A stretch of 61,595 nt of DNA, from the NCBI GenBank assembly GCA_034658635.1, contig JAYEFL010000330.1, positions 1-61,595 of the forward strand, given 5' to 3'. How positions within the stretch are numbered: the first letter of the stretch is position 1; the number at the start of each line of letters is the position of its first letter. Below, one piece after another: positions 1 to 10,061 of this stretch. A model generated the notes under the pieces. It was not told where the DNA came from. It did no database searches and was given only the letters and a program-made list of their open reading frames with translations. The stretch is from Bacteroidota bacterium. Its GTDB lineage: Bacteria > Bacteroidota > Bacteroidia > Bacteroidales > UBA12481. Made by a program: the position numbers and the translations under genes.

Positions 1-88
1 TGAGCATTTATCTAACTACCAGATTTTTCTGGCTTCTCGTTCTCCCAGAAGAGAAGCCAGAAAAATCTGGTAGTTAGATAAATGCTCA
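1..88. repeat. Perfect 38-bp inverted repeat (arms 1-38 and 51-88, 12-nt spacer). It is a hairpin/cruciform-forming element 10 nt past the UbiA-family stop codon.
   Basis: Arm 1-38 (tgagcatttatctaactaccagatttttctggcttctc) is the exact reverse complement of 51-88. Read directly from the sequence. Confidence 0.9.
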
Positions 89-98
89 AGAAAACTAT

Positions 99-1067
99 TC
101 ATATCTGATTGCCGAGACTTTTAAACAAGAAATACGCCACCGGTGCATATAGCAAGCCGAAAAACATAATCAACTTTGCGATATAGCTAGTAGATTTCCA
201 ATCTGCCGCTACCTTAACTTTATGCACCTTAACAAGTAACACAATGAAGGGAAAAAACAAAAGTAAAACGAAGTAAGTTAGGCTTAATTTATCAGGTAAA
301 AACAGAAAAAATATTAGTGCCAGAACAACCAGAGTTACTGAAGCTACACTGAAAACGAGCCTTTTAAAATGCGAAATTCCCATAAGGATGGCCAGCGTTC
401 TGCTTCCTGCAAGACTATCACCCTCAACATCTTCACCATCCTTTATCAGTTCACGAATAAAATTGCTTAAGAATGCGAACAGAGAAAATAGTCCGACCCA
501 CATAACAACAGGCTTGAACAAGTTTGGATTGTCAACAATAATTGCCGCATGCTTTTGTATGAGTAATGGATATTCAAATAGTATTACTAACAAAGGAACC
601 GTTCCTGTCAAAATACTAACCACCAGATTACCAACCAGAGGTTTATGCTTGAGACTAAGGGAATATATCCAAAGGACAAAGGGAACAACTAGAAATATTA
701 AAGTCAGCCATGGAATCCAATGATATAATGCAATAAACACCCCTATTGAAGCACCAATAAAATTCAATGAAAAATGGCTCAGAATGGCCATTCTTCTGCT
801 CACAAATCGATCAATAACTACCCGGTATGGAGAATTAATACGATCAGCTTTCACATCATGAAAATCATTAATCACGTTACCAGCAGCAGTTATCAGTACT
901 GTTGAAATCACCAGCAGTGCAAAACTCCATTCTGGCATAACCGAGTCAAAACCCAATAAATCCAGCAATGGTACGACTATTGACCACCTCATCAGGTACA
1001 TTGTTAAGATCACCATTATCAAATTTGGCAACCTGACAAGGCGTGAAACTGCTTGTATCCGAATCAT
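99..1067 (-). CDS. UbiA-family aromatic prenyltransferase (polytopic membrane protein)
   Basis: NDFHDVKADRIN (NDxxDxxxD-type) motif and many hydrophobic helices. The ATG at 1067 is preferred. The alternative ATG at 1115 would overlap the upstream gene by 44 nt. Confidence 0.75.
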   Translation of the reverse strand: MIRIQAVSRLVRLPNLIMVILTMYLMRWSIVVPLLDLLGFDSVMPEWSFALLVISTVLITAAGNVINDFHDVKADRINSPYRVVIDRFVSRRMAILSHFSLNFIGASIGVFIALYHWIPWLTLIFLVVPFVLWIYSLSLKHKPLVGNLVVSILTGTVPLLVILFEYPLLIQKHAAIIVDNPNLFKPVVMWVGLFSLFAFLSNFIRELIKDGEDVEGDSLAGSRTLAILMGISHFKRLVFSVASVTLVVLALIFFLFLPDKLSLTYFVLLLFFPFIVLLVKVHKVKVAADWKSTSYIAKLIMFFGLLYAPVAYFLFKSLGNQI

Positions 1068-1071
1068 ATTA

Positions 1072-1572
1072 TCACCCCCACTTTTTTTGAGCACGCATAA
1101 CCTGTTCAATAACATCCCTCACACACCCTTCTCCTCCAGATAAGTCAGAAATATACGCGCTGCATGATTGAACCTCTTCAACTGCATCAGAAGGGCAGGT
1201 AGCCAACCCAACCACATTCATTGCTTCCACATCAGGTATATCATCACCCATGTATAATATCTCATGAAAAGACAGCATATACTTCTGTGCAAATTCAGTA
1301 AGATCTTTCAATTTGTTCTTTGAATCAAGATATACATCTATCACTCCTAAACCCTTAAACCGATCTCGGATAGACAGGGATCTGGCACCTGAAATAATGC
1401 AGATCTGATATCCAGACATAGCGGCTTTCTGGATTGCATATCCATCCTTTGTGTTCATGGTTCTCATCAAATCTCCGCCAGGATGCAAGACTACTTTGGC
1501 ATTTGCCAACACCCCATCGACATCAAAAACAAATGAGCGAATACCAACAAGTTGTTCTTTAAAAAAAGGCAT
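1072..1572 (-). CDS. kdsC: KdsC-like HAD phosphatase (3-deoxy-D-manno-octulosonate-8-phosphate phosphatase family)
   Basis: 166 aa. HAD motif I FVFDVDGVL and motif MGDDIPD. Size is typical of the KdsC subfamily. Confidence 0.7.
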   Translation of the reverse strand: MPFFKEQLVGIRSFVFDVDGVLANAKVVLHPGGDLMRTMNTKDGYAIQKAAMSGYQICIISGARSLSIRDRFKGLGVIDVYLDSKNKLKDLTEFAQKYMLSFHEILYMGDDIPDVEAMNVVGLATCPSDAVEEVQSCSAYISDLSGGEGCVRDVIEQVMRAQKKWG

Positions 1573-1588
1573 AAACTGTCCTTAATAA

Positions 1589-2362
1589 CTATTCATATTC
1601 ATCACTGATAGAATTTGATATAATCCTATATAAATTCTTGTCATTTGCGCAACAAGATAATAAATCTAAATGCTTTTTAATGGTATCATGATCTCCACGA
1701 CGAGCCGGACCAGTTTGTGCACCTTCTGCACCCAGCTCATAGGCCTTGCGAATAGTCTCAACTACTAATGGTCTGATCAGGTCATCTGAAAGTCCAATTT
1801 CACTGATTAGCTTCTGAGCTTTTCCCTGCATATAGTTAGTGAAATTTGATGCGAAAACTGCAGCAAGATGTAATTTCTTTCTTCTTTCAGAGTTCAGAAG
1901 AATACCACTGGCCCCAAGTTCGCCCACCAATTCAAGCAAGTCACTTTCTACCTCTTTTGAACTGGCCTCCAGGAAAAATGGAATTTCCTCCCATGTTGGA
2001 ACAAAATCCTTTGAAAAGGTTTGCAAAGGATAAAGAACCCCAAAATTGGTGCTATTCATTCCCAGATAAGACATAGGGAAGCTCCCGCTTGTATGGATAA
2101 CAACCGAATTTCGCTTGGGCAGCCTTGGTAAAACTTCATTAATAGCCTGATCAGGCAGAGTCAAAATAATGTGGGTAACGCTGTCAATTATATCTTCCGG
2201 ACATTTTGAGTATATGGCATCCACCTCATTTGCTAAGGCTTGTCCTTCCCTGGTACTTCTGCTAATAATCTGAACAACCTGCTGCCCTGACTTCTTAAAG
2301 GCAACAGTGAGATGAAATCCAAGCGCTCCTGCTCCAATAAATGCAAAACGTTTTTCTGTCAT
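1589..2362 (-). CDS. Rossmann-fold NAD(P)-binding protein with a DUF2520-like C-terminus
   Basis: FIGAGALG dinucleotide-binding motif. The C-terminal TGPARRGD motif resembles DUF2520. The ATG at 2362 is preferred over the TTG at 2386. Confidence 0.6.
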   Translation of the reverse strand: MTEKRFAFIGAGALGFHLTVAFKKSGQQVVQIISRSTREGQALANEVDAIYSKCPEDIIDSVTHIILTLPDQAINEVLPRLPKRNSVVIHTSGSFPMSYLGMNSTNFGVLYPLQTFSKDFVPTWEEIPFFLEASSKEVESDLLELVGELGASGILLNSERRKKLHLAAVFASNFTNYMQGKAQKLISEIGLSDDLIRPLVVETIRKAYELGAEGAQTGPARRGDHDTIKKHLDLLSCCANDKNLYRIISNSISDEYE

Positions 2363-2405
2363 GGAGAAATTTAAATCTTTATGCAAAAATACAACAAACA
2401 GAAAG

Positions 2406-2431
2406 CAAAAAAAAGGGCCTCACGGCCCTTT
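2406..2431 (-). terminator. Intrinsic terminator after the acyl-CoA dehydrogenase gene
   Basis: GGGCC-tcac-GGCCC hairpin (2415-2428), followed on the minus strand by a run of 8 T (A-run 2407-2414 on plus). Confidence 0.7.
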
Positions 2432-2448
2432 AAAAATTCTCTGTAATG

Positions 2449-4230
2449 CTAGAAGACATATCTATTTTCAGCGATCAAAATATCAGCAATTCTTCTGCGG
2501 GCATCCTTGACATTAATTTTTTCAGGATCGGTCAGAACTGAAACGGCCTTAAGGAATCTATCAAGCTCTTCGCCTTCAGAATAAGAATTAGCAATGTTGC
2601 GAGCAGATTTTGCAGCATTATTAGAAGCATCAAAGACGGCAACATCAAGCATATCTTTGAACACTCCAATGTTTTCAGCTCCTTTCATTCCTTCCATCTT
2701 TTTCACCCGAAGGGTAGTAGACTCTGTCACATAAATACTCATGATCATATCTGCCAAACCATTCAGAATCTCTTGTTCAAAAATAAGCTTACGGTCAAAC
2801 TTCTTTGTAATGGAATGTATAAAAGCCAATACTAAAGTTTTCAGATTATCGATCTGATACTTCTTCCTTGCATAATATTCTGTTGGAATGTCAGCTTTCT
2901 TAGGAAGACTCATCAATCCATCAAAGGCTTTGCCGGCTTCTTCATATAAAGGAATATCCTTTCTTTGACCACGTTTCAGCAGGGTATCCACAACAAGAAT
3001 CCTATTTATCTCATTGGTTCCTTCAAAAATCCGATTAATTCTTGAATCCCGGTATCCCCTGTCAACAGGCATCTCAGCAGAATAGCCCATGCCACCAAAA
3101 ATCTGCACAGCTTCATCAGATACATAATCAAGAGCCTCAGAACCATAAACCTTCAGAATCGCAGCTTCAACTGCCATTTGGGCAAAAGCCATAATGGATG
3201 GACTATCATTCACGCATATCTCCTTGTACTCCTCTGATAACTCATCAACATTTTTTGATGCACGGTAAACGGCTGATTCTGTAGTAAAAGTAACAATCGC
3301 CATTTGGGCTAACTTGTACTTAATGGAACCGAAGGTATTGATTAACTGCCCAAACTGCTTCCGTTCATTTGAGTAATTCACTGATTGGCTAATTGCGAGT
3401 TTAGCAGCACCCAGAACATTTCCGCCAAGCTTAATCCTTCCCATGTGAAGAATATTCAGGGCAATACGAAAGCCCCGACCACGTCCGCTGAGCAAATTTT
3501 CAACCGGAACTTTTACATCATTGAAGAAGATTTGGCGGGTTGAAGACCCCTTAATCCCCATTTTCTTTTCCTCTGGATTATAACTAATTCCTTCAAAGCT
3601 ACGCTCAACAATAAAGGCACTCAAAACCCTGTCATTATCAATCTTTGCAAATACAGTCATCACATCGGCAAAACCACCGTTAGTGATCCACATCTTTTGT
3701 CCATTGAGAATATAATGCTTACCATCTTCAGATAGTACTGCACGGGTTTTTCCATTGTTAGCGTCAGAACCAGCTCCTGGTTCAGTCAGACAATACGCCC
3801 CTTTCCATTCCCCTGAAGCAAGTTTTGGTACATATTTTTGCTTTTGGGCATCAGTTCCATAATATACAATTGGTAATGACCCAATTCCTGTATGACATGA
3901 GTGGGCTACTGCAAAAGAATATCCTGCTCCCATAACCTCACCAGCCAGCATCGAAGTGACGAACGACTGGCCGAAACCATCATATTCCTCTGGCACAGAG
4001 ATTCCTAACAAGCCAAGATCACCAGCTTTTGTCAGAAGCTCTGGCATTAAGCCTTCTTCCTGACTATCAACCCGATCAAGAACGGGGAACACTTCGGTGT
4101 CAAGAAAATCCTGGCAGGTCTGTGCAATCATTCTCTGCTCCTCATCAAATTCTTCTGGTATGAATACATCTGCAGGATCAGTATCCTTTATCATAAAGGC
4201 ACCTCCCATAATTGACAATTCTTTTTCCAT
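2449..4230 (-). CDS. Acyl-CoA dehydrogenase (long, ~590 aa form)
   Basis: ACAD signatures AYCLTEPGAGSDA and QIFGGMGY. Lies adjacent to the etfAB genes. Confidence 0.85.
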   Translation of the reverse strand: MEKELSIMGGAFMIKDTDPADVFIPEEFDEEQRMIAQTCQDFLDTEVFPVLDRVDSQEEGLMPELLTKAGDLGLLGISVPEEYDGFGQSFVTSMLAGEVMGAGYSFAVAHSCHTGIGSLPIVYYGTDAQKQKYVPKLASGEWKGAYCLTEPGAGSDANNGKTRAVLSEDGKHYILNGQKMWITNGGFADVMTVFAKIDNDRVLSAFIVERSFEGISYNPEEKKMGIKGSSTRQIFFNDVKVPVENLLSGRGRGFRIALNILHMGRIKLGGNVLGAAKLAISQSVNYSNERKQFGQLINTFGSIKYKLAQMAIVTFTTESAVYRASKNVDELSEEYKEICVNDSPSIMAFAQMAVEAAILKVYGSEALDYVSDEAVQIFGGMGYSAEMPVDRGYRDSRINRIFEGTNEINRILVVDTLLKRGQRKDIPLYEEAGKAFDGLMSLPKKADIPTEYYARKKYQIDNLKTLVLAFIHSITKKFDRKLIFEQEILNGLADMIMSIYVTESTTLRVKKMEGMKGAENIGVFKDMLDVAVFDASNNAAKSARNIANSYSEGEELDRFLKAVSVLTDPEKINVKDARRRIADILIAENRYVF

Positions 4231-4260
4231 AGTTACTTAGTTATGTATCATTGCTAGTTT

Positions 4261-6333
4261 TTATAATTCAAGTGCTTCAGCTACCAGCTCAGCAAGGTCA
4301 AAATTCTTAACTTCCTCTTCCTTGCTTGCATACTTCAGCCCATCAGTTAACATCACCATACAATAAGGACAAGCAGTCACAATAATTTCGGCTCCGGTTT
4401 CAAGAGCATCATTTGTTCGCTCCACAAAAACTTCCTTATCACCCTTTTCTGCCTCTTTAAACATCTGTCCACCTCCCGCACCACAGCACAAGGCAAAACT
4501 CTTACTGCGCTTCATTTCCACCAATTGGGCTCCTAAATTACTTAATACTTCTCTGGGGGCCTGGTATTCTCCATTTGCCCGGCCAAGGTAGCATGGATCA
4601 TGGTAAGTAATTCTTTTTCCTTTAAAGATTTCATGATTAACCTTCAATTTACCTGAATTAATGAGATCCTTCAGGAATTGGGAATGGTGAATTATGTCAA
4701 AATCACCTCCAAGATCCGGGTATTCATTTTTGAATGTATTAAAAGCATGCGGGTCGCATGTGATTATTTTCTGCACTCCGTACCCTTGAAGGATCTCAAT
4801 ATTCATCATTGCCTGCATCTGAAACAACATCTCATTACCTGCCCTTCGGGCTACATCACCGCTAGAGCTCTCCTCTGTTCCCAGAACTGCGTAATCAACA
4901 TTAAGATAATTAAGTAGCTTAATGAATGACCTTGTTACCTTCTTATACCTGTCATCAAATGCCCCGGCACTACCAATCCAAACCAGATACTCGGGCGATT
5001 CTCCCTTAGAATGAAGATCTGCGAATATCCTGGCTTCGTTATTTTCATCCCAGTTCATGCGATCTTCCTGTGAAAACTGCCATGGCGCACCGTTGTTTTC
5101 AATATTTGAGAACATGGTATTCAATTCAGCTGGTGCTCCAGCCTCCTCCATAACTATATACCTGCGAAGATCAACTATTAAAGATGGATGATTAATATTT
5201 ATCGGGCATTCCTGGGCACAAGCATTGCAAGTGGTACAGGCCCATATCTCCTCGGCTGTAAAGAAATCCTTAATCAGAGATTTTTTGTCTGCAAACTCTC
5301 TGCCCTCCTTAATCAATCCAGGTCCTTTTTCCTTCATTCTGGCCCTGAGGTCCATCATAAGTTTTCTGGGAGACAATTTTTTCCCGGTTAAATTAGCCGG
5401 ACAAACCTCAGTACAACGACCACACTGAGTACATGCCAAGGAATCAAAATAGTTTTTCCAATTTACATCTTCCACATCAAGCACTCCAAAACGCTGCACA
5501 TCTTCTTCATCTTCTGGCACCTCAGCACTCGGATCAAGCATTAGCTTCACCTCCTTTGTAACATTGTCCATATTAATAAGTTTCCCTAATGGCTCGAGGC
5601 GACTAAGAAAAACGTTTGGCACCGACATAAACACATGAAAGTGCTTAGAGTATGGGAGGTAGTTGGCAAAAAAGAATATAAATAAAATGTGGCTCCACCA
5701 ATTTATTTCATGTAAGGTATGAGCACCTGTCTTTGTCAAGCCACTGATCCAGCCAGCCACCACCTGACTAACAGGAAATACCCCAAGCATATCATCTCCG
5801 GATAATTGTTCATGAAGAATATAAAAGATATTCGTCCCCAACAGGCTTACCATCAAAAGAAGAATCAGCGAAAGAGCAAAATTAGCATCCACATGGGATT
5901 TATGTTTCATCTCAACCCCACCAAATCTTCTGATATTCAGAAAGATTCGACGAAAAAGGAAAATAATGATCAAAACCAGTATCAGGAAAGCAAAGACATC
6001 ACCTGAAGCAACTATAACATCATAAACAGGGCCAAGAAATCCCAAAACTCTTTCGGTTCCTGCCAGTCCATCAATAATCACCTCAACACTTCCTATCAGA
6101 ATCACACAAAAACCCCAAAAAACGAGAGCATGCATAAATCCAATTATGGGTTTACGCATAATCTTGGTTTGCCCTATGGCGACACGGAGAGTAATTATGA
6201 TCCGTTTCCCAATTTGCTTTATTGGAAATCCTTTTCTGGTTTGCTTAAATAAAGCAATCAATCTCCGTAGTGTATAAGAAAACACTCCAAGAGTAAGCAG
6301 TAGCGTACCGGCAAAAATGAATTGCTTGACCAT
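4261..6333 (-). CDS. Membrane-anchored Fe-S oxidoreductase (HdrD/GlpC-like with two CCG domains). Probable ETF-linked quinone reductase (EtfD-like).
   Basis: N-terminal ~230 aa with several TM helices. Two ferredoxin motifs CTQCGRCTEVCP and CTTCNACAQECP. CCG-type motifs HDPCYLGR and ALCCGAGGG. Sits directly downstream of etfB-etfA. Confidence 0.65.
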   Translation of the reverse strand: MVKQFIFAGTLLLTLGVFSYTLRRLIALFKQTRKGFPIKQIGKRIIITLRVAIGQTKIMRKPIIGFMHALVFWGFCVILIGSVEVIIDGLAGTERVLGFLGPVYDVIVASGDVFAFLILVLIIIFLFRRIFLNIRRFGGVEMKHKSHVDANFALSLILLLMVSLLGTNIFYILHEQLSGDDMLGVFPVSQVVAGWISGLTKTGAHTLHEINWWSHILFIFFFANYLPYSKHFHVFMSVPNVFLSRLEPLGKLINMDNVTKEVKLMLDPSAEVPEDEEDVQRFGVLDVEDVNWKNYFDSLACTQCGRCTEVCPANLTGKKLSPRKLMMDLRARMKEKGPGLIKEGREFADKKSLIKDFFTAEEIWACTTCNACAQECPININHPSLIVDLRRYIVMEEAGAPAELNTMFSNIENNGAPWQFSQEDRMNWDENNEARIFADLHSKGESPEYLVWIGSAGAFDDRYKKVTRSFIKLLNYLNVDYAVLGTEESSSGDVARRAGNEMLFQMQAMMNIEILQGYGVQKIITCDPHAFNTFKNEYPDLGGDFDIIHHSQFLKDLINSGKLKVNHEIFKGKRITYHDPCYLGRANGEYQAPREVLSNLGAQLVEMKRSKSFALCCGAGGGQMFKEAEKGDKEVFVERTNDALETGAEIIVTACPYCMVMLTDGLKYASKEEEVKNFDLAELVAEALEL

Positions 6334-6388
6334 TATAACCCAAGTTTAGTTTTGATTCCGACAGAAAACTACCGGACAGAAGAATTAG

Positions 6389-7354
6389 CTACGACTTAAG
6401 CTCCTTAATAGCAGCCACTAACTGTGGCAACACCTTCTGAACATCACCTACGATTCCATAATCGGCAGCCTCAAAAATTGGAGCATCAGGATCAGTATTA
6501 ACTGCCACAATACATTTTGAAGAACTCACGCCTGCCAGATGCTGAATAGCTCCAGAAATCCCAAAGGCAAAATACAGGTTTGGTGCAATAATCTTGCCTG
6601 TTTGGCCTGTATGCTCACTATGAGGCCTCCACCCTTCATCAGACACCGGTCGGGAACAGGCAGTAGCCGCACCTAGTACTTCTGCTAACTCTTCAATCGG
6701 GCCCCAATTATCAGATGACTTCATTCCACGACCACCAGAAACAACAATATCTGCATCTGAAAGAAGAATCTGGCCTGTTTGTTTACTAGTAGATTTGACA
6801 ATAGTTGCTGGAGACAAATCACCAGAAACATCCAAATCATTAATAACTATTCCTTTATGTCTCTCTACGAGTTTATATGAGTTTTGAGCTAATGTTAAAA
6901 CAGCCCTCTCAGTTTCAATAACCTGATTAGCAAATGCTTTTCCAGAAAAAACCTTCTTTTTAATAATAAAAGGCTTAACACTGTCAGGTAGGGTAATAAC
7001 TGCTGAAGCCAACCCGGCTTTCAAACGAATGGATAGCCTTGGTGCCAGAGCTTTCCCCGTATTATTATGCGCTAATAACACGATAGCAGCATTTTCCTGA
7101 TCTGCAACCTCAGCAATAATTTGAGTAAAAACCTGATTATCTAAATTCTCCAACTGTGGAGCTTCAGCTTTGATTACTTTATCTGCTCCATATAGCGCTA
7201 ATTTATTAAGTTCATCTGTTGCTACACGTCCAATTGACAACACATTTACCGGAACCTGAAGCATTTCAGCTAGTTTGGCAGCATAGGAAACAAGTTCAAA
7301 GCTTAGTTTTTTAAACTCTCCATCCCAATTCTCTGTATATACTAATATTGACAT
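6389..7354 (-). CDS. etfA: Electron transfer flavoprotein alpha subunit
   Basis: 321 aa. C-terminal FAD-binding region ...IAPNLYFAFGISGAIQHLAG... is typical of EtfA. Confidence 0.9.
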   Translation of the reverse strand: MSILVYTENWDGEFKKLSFELVSYAAKLAEMLQVPVNVLSIGRVATDELNKLALYGADKVIKAEAPQLENLDNQVFTQIIAEVADQENAAIVLLAHNNTGKALAPRLSIRLKAGLASAVITLPDSVKPFIIKKKVFSGKAFANQVIETERAVLTLAQNSYKLVERHKGIVINDLDVSGDLSPATIVKSTSKQTGQILLSDADIVVSGGRGMKSSDNWGPIEELAEVLGAATACSRPVSDEGWRPHSEHTGQTGKIIAPNLYFAFGISGAIQHLAGVSSSKCIVAVNTDPDAPIFEAADYGIVGDVQKVLPQLVAAIKELKS

Positions 7355-7377
7355 TATCTGATTCTTTAAATTTTCAT

Positions 7378-8127
7378 CTACAACATCTTGGCTTCAGTCT
7401 GTAACAAGCTTACCAGTTCAGCTACATTATCAGGATCTACAATTTTGCACGGAGGCTTTGGGGTAGGAAGTTCAAAAGAATTAATCCCCGTAAAAGCAGT
7501 GGTTCCAGTAGCAGGAACAACTTTAAGAGGCTTTTTTCGAGCCATCATAATTCCACGCATTGCAGGAATCCTTGGCTCTTTAGCAAAACCCTTTTGCACA
7601 ATTGCCACAAATGGAGCAGGAAGAGAAACCTCCTCGCTCCCTCCATCAATCTCGCGGGAGAGAATAATGTCATCACCATGAAACTTCATCCCTGAAACTG
7701 CTGACACAGAAGGTAAACCTAAAAATTCAGAAAGCATTCCACCAACAGCATTTCCATTGTAGTCACTCATCTCTATTCCGCATATAACTATATCAAACTG
7801 ATCAGATTTCACCACTTCAGCAAGTTCTGCAGCAACAGCAGCAGCATCTGTAGCTTCCATATCAACCCTGATGGCATCGTCTGCACCAATAGCCAAAGCT
7901 TTACGAATAGTTGGCTCAGAACCAAGCCCACCAACAGTCACAACGGTTACATGACTGATTTGATTTCCACCATCCTCTTTAAGTTCTAATGCTCTGGTGA
8001 GAGCCAACTCATCCCAGGGATTAATAACCCATTGAACTCCATTAGTGTCAAAATGAGTACCGTCATCAGAAAATCTAGCTTTTGTTGTTGTATCAGGAAC
8101 ATTCCCAAGACATACCAATAATTTCAT
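7378..8127 (-). CDS. etfB: Electron transfer flavoprotein beta subunit
   Basis: 249 aa with EtfB-like layout, immediately upstream of etfA. Confidence 0.88.
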   Translation of the reverse strand: MKLLVCLGNVPDTTTKARFSDDGTHFDTNGVQWVINPWDELALTRALELKEDGGNQISHVTVVTVGGLGSEPTIRKALAIGADDAIRVDMEATDAAAVAAELAEVVKSDQFDIVICGIEMSDYNGNAVGGMLSEFLGLPSVSAVSGMKFHGDDIILSREIDGGSEEVSLPAPFVAIVQKGFAKEPRIPAMRGIMMARKKPLKVVPATGTTAFTGINSFELPTPKPPCKIVDPDNVAELVSLLQTEAKML

Positions 8128-8168
8128 TCCACTTTGTTTTAAAAATTACACTCCATTTAGAAGAGGGA

Positions 8169-8176
8169 CAAATATA
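8169..8176 (-). promoter_or_regulatory. Candidate Bacteroidota -7 promoter box (TATATTTG) for the etfB operon
   Basis: The minus strand reads TATATTTG (TAnnTTTG consensus) 42 nt upstream of the etfB ATG. No clean -33 TTTG was seen. Confidence 0.3.
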
Positions 8177-8259
8177 TAAAAAAATACTTGGCACTGTACT
8201 TAAGCGACCAGTAAATAACCATCCTGCAAAAGCTCATAAACCCCAATACAACCAGTGAT

Positions 8260-9972
8260 TTAGTCTGTTTTTATTGCTCTGAATCTGATCCCACCCTCTA
8301 TGATTATCCAAATAACAATAATCAAAACTGTAAGGTTAACTATTCCCAGTAGAAGGTTTTGTTCATGCACATATTCAATCTGGTTAATCACAATCGCCCA
8401 AACAGTAACAGTACTCATAAATATCGCAGGAAGGCCGCTAACTAACCATTTTAATCCACCCTTTGTTTTGAGATATATTGTAATTATAATGAGAGCTAGA
8501 GCAGCCAAAGTTTGATTAACCGCTCCGAAAAGCGGCCATAGCTTCAATGCTCCTTGTCCATCAGCTCCAGTTGCAAAGGCAAGTAGTGCTGCCGAAGAAA
8601 CTGCCAGAAAAGTAGTAAAATACATATTCCTGAAAACAGGAATCCTGGTAGAACTGAAAATCTCTGTAATAACATAGCGCTGGATTCGTGTTGCAGTATC
8701 CAGAGTAGTCCCGGCGAAGGAGGCCACAAATACACCCATCACAACTATGGCTACTTCTACAGGAATACCAATTGTTCCAATCATATTCGCAGATCCCTCA
8801 ACAAATGCCCCAACCTTTTTGCCCAGTCCTCCAGCTGATGCCCATGAAGAATAGTGCTCGTTCCAAGCTGCCGCACCAAATAACCGGCTTCCATCAATCG
8901 CATCATGACCTAGTCCGATCCCGGCTCCGACAGCAATTATAACCAGAATAGCCAGAGCACCCTCAGTTAGCATACCTCCGTAACCCACTAAAAGGCTATC
9001 ATTCTCAGACTTAATCTGTTTAGCAGTTGTTCCTGATGAAACCAATGAATGAAAACCTGAAATTGCGCCGCAAGCAATTGTAATAAAAATGAACGGAATA
9101 ATGGGAGGAGCCCCAGCTGGGCTGGGTTGCACAGCAGGTGCAACTAGCTGCAGCTGACCAGAGAAGCCTGAAACCAAAACCCCGAGAATAATTAATCCCA
9201 TAGCAACAACAAGCTGATAGGCATTTATAAAGTCTCTGGGCTGCAATAATGTAGTAACTGGCAGTATAGAAGCAATGTAGGCATATCCAAGCAGGATAAT
9301 TGTCCAAACTCCTGTAGAAGGAATTCCAAACAAATCAGGTATTTCGATTGGAATAAACCTGCCTAATACAACACTCAGGTACATAAAAATAACGGCAACA
9401 ATCGTACTCATAGTCAGGTTGCCATTTCGCTTATAAATAATTCTTCCTAAGACAATGGCAATTGGAATCTGAAACCAAACGGGCAGAACTGAGCTCGGGA
9501 ACATCTTAAAAATGCTGGCAATAACAAGACCGAAGATCGATATTATGATCCACAACTCGAGAAATACAACTAGGAAAAACAAAAACCTTGTTCTATGATT
9601 GATGTACTTAGCAGTATAATCAGATATGGATTTACCCTGGTTTCTAAGAGAAATCACCAGTGATCCAAAATCATGAACCGCTCCCATTACTATACTTCCC
9701 AGAAAGACCCATAAAACGGCAGGAACCCATCCCCAGATTATCGCAATCGCCGGACCCACAATAGGTCCGGTACCAGCAATCGAAGTGAAGTGATGCCCGA
9801 ATATTACTTGTTTCTTAGTTGGCACATAATCTATACCATCTTCCAGCTCGAAAGCTGGAGTTGTCAATGCCGAACTTATTTGAAAGATCTTTCTGGCTAA
9901 AAACTTTCCATACACCCGGTACATTACTATATACCCGGCAAAAATTGAGACTAATAATCCGATGGCTAACAT
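8260..9972 (-). CDS. cstA: Carbon starvation protein CstA (peptide/pyruvate transporter family)
   Basis: 570 aa polytopic protein with the motif HHFTSIAGTGPIVGPAIA, characteristic of CstA. Confidence 0.85.
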   Translation of the reverse strand: MLAIGLLVSIFAGYIVMYRVYGKFLARKIFQISSALTTPAFELEDGIDYVPTKKQVIFGHHFTSIAGTGPIVGPAIAIIWGWVPAVLWVFLGSIVMGAVHDFGSLVISLRNQGKSISDYTAKYINHRTRFLFFLVVFLELWIIISIFGLVIASIFKMFPSSVLPVWFQIPIAIVLGRIIYKRNGNLTMSTIVAVIFMYLSVVLGRFIPIEIPDLFGIPSTGVWTIILLGYAYIASILPVTTLLQPRDFINAYQLVVAMGLIILGVLVSGFSGQLQLVAPAVQPSPAGAPPIIPFIFITIACGAISGFHSLVSSGTTAKQIKSENDSLLVGYGGMLTEGALAILVIIAVGAGIGLGHDAIDGSRLFGAAAWNEHYSSWASAGGLGKKVGAFVEGSANMIGTIGIPVEVAIVVMGVFVASFAGTTLDTATRIQRYVITEIFSSTRIPVFRNMYFTTFLAVSSAALLAFATGADGQGALKLWPLFGAVNQTLAALALIIITIYLKTKGGLKWLVSGLPAIFMSTVTVWAIVINQIEYVHEQNLLLGIVNLTVLIIVIWIIIEGGIRFRAIKTD

Positions 9973-10020
9973 ATAAAATGAATTTCAATTTGGCCACCTA
10001 ATTTAAAGAAAGATGAGATC

Positions 10021-10055
10021 AAAAAAAAAGGGTGCTATTATTAGCACCCGTTTTT
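10021..10055 (-). terminator. Strong intrinsic (potentially bidirectional) terminator ending the rpoBC-DUF3467 transcription unit
   Basis: 8-bp stem GGGTGCTA/TAGCACCC (10030-10049) with a 4-nt loop. Flanked by A9 on one side and GTTTTT on the other. Confidence 0.8.
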
Positions 10056-10061
10056 AGTCTT

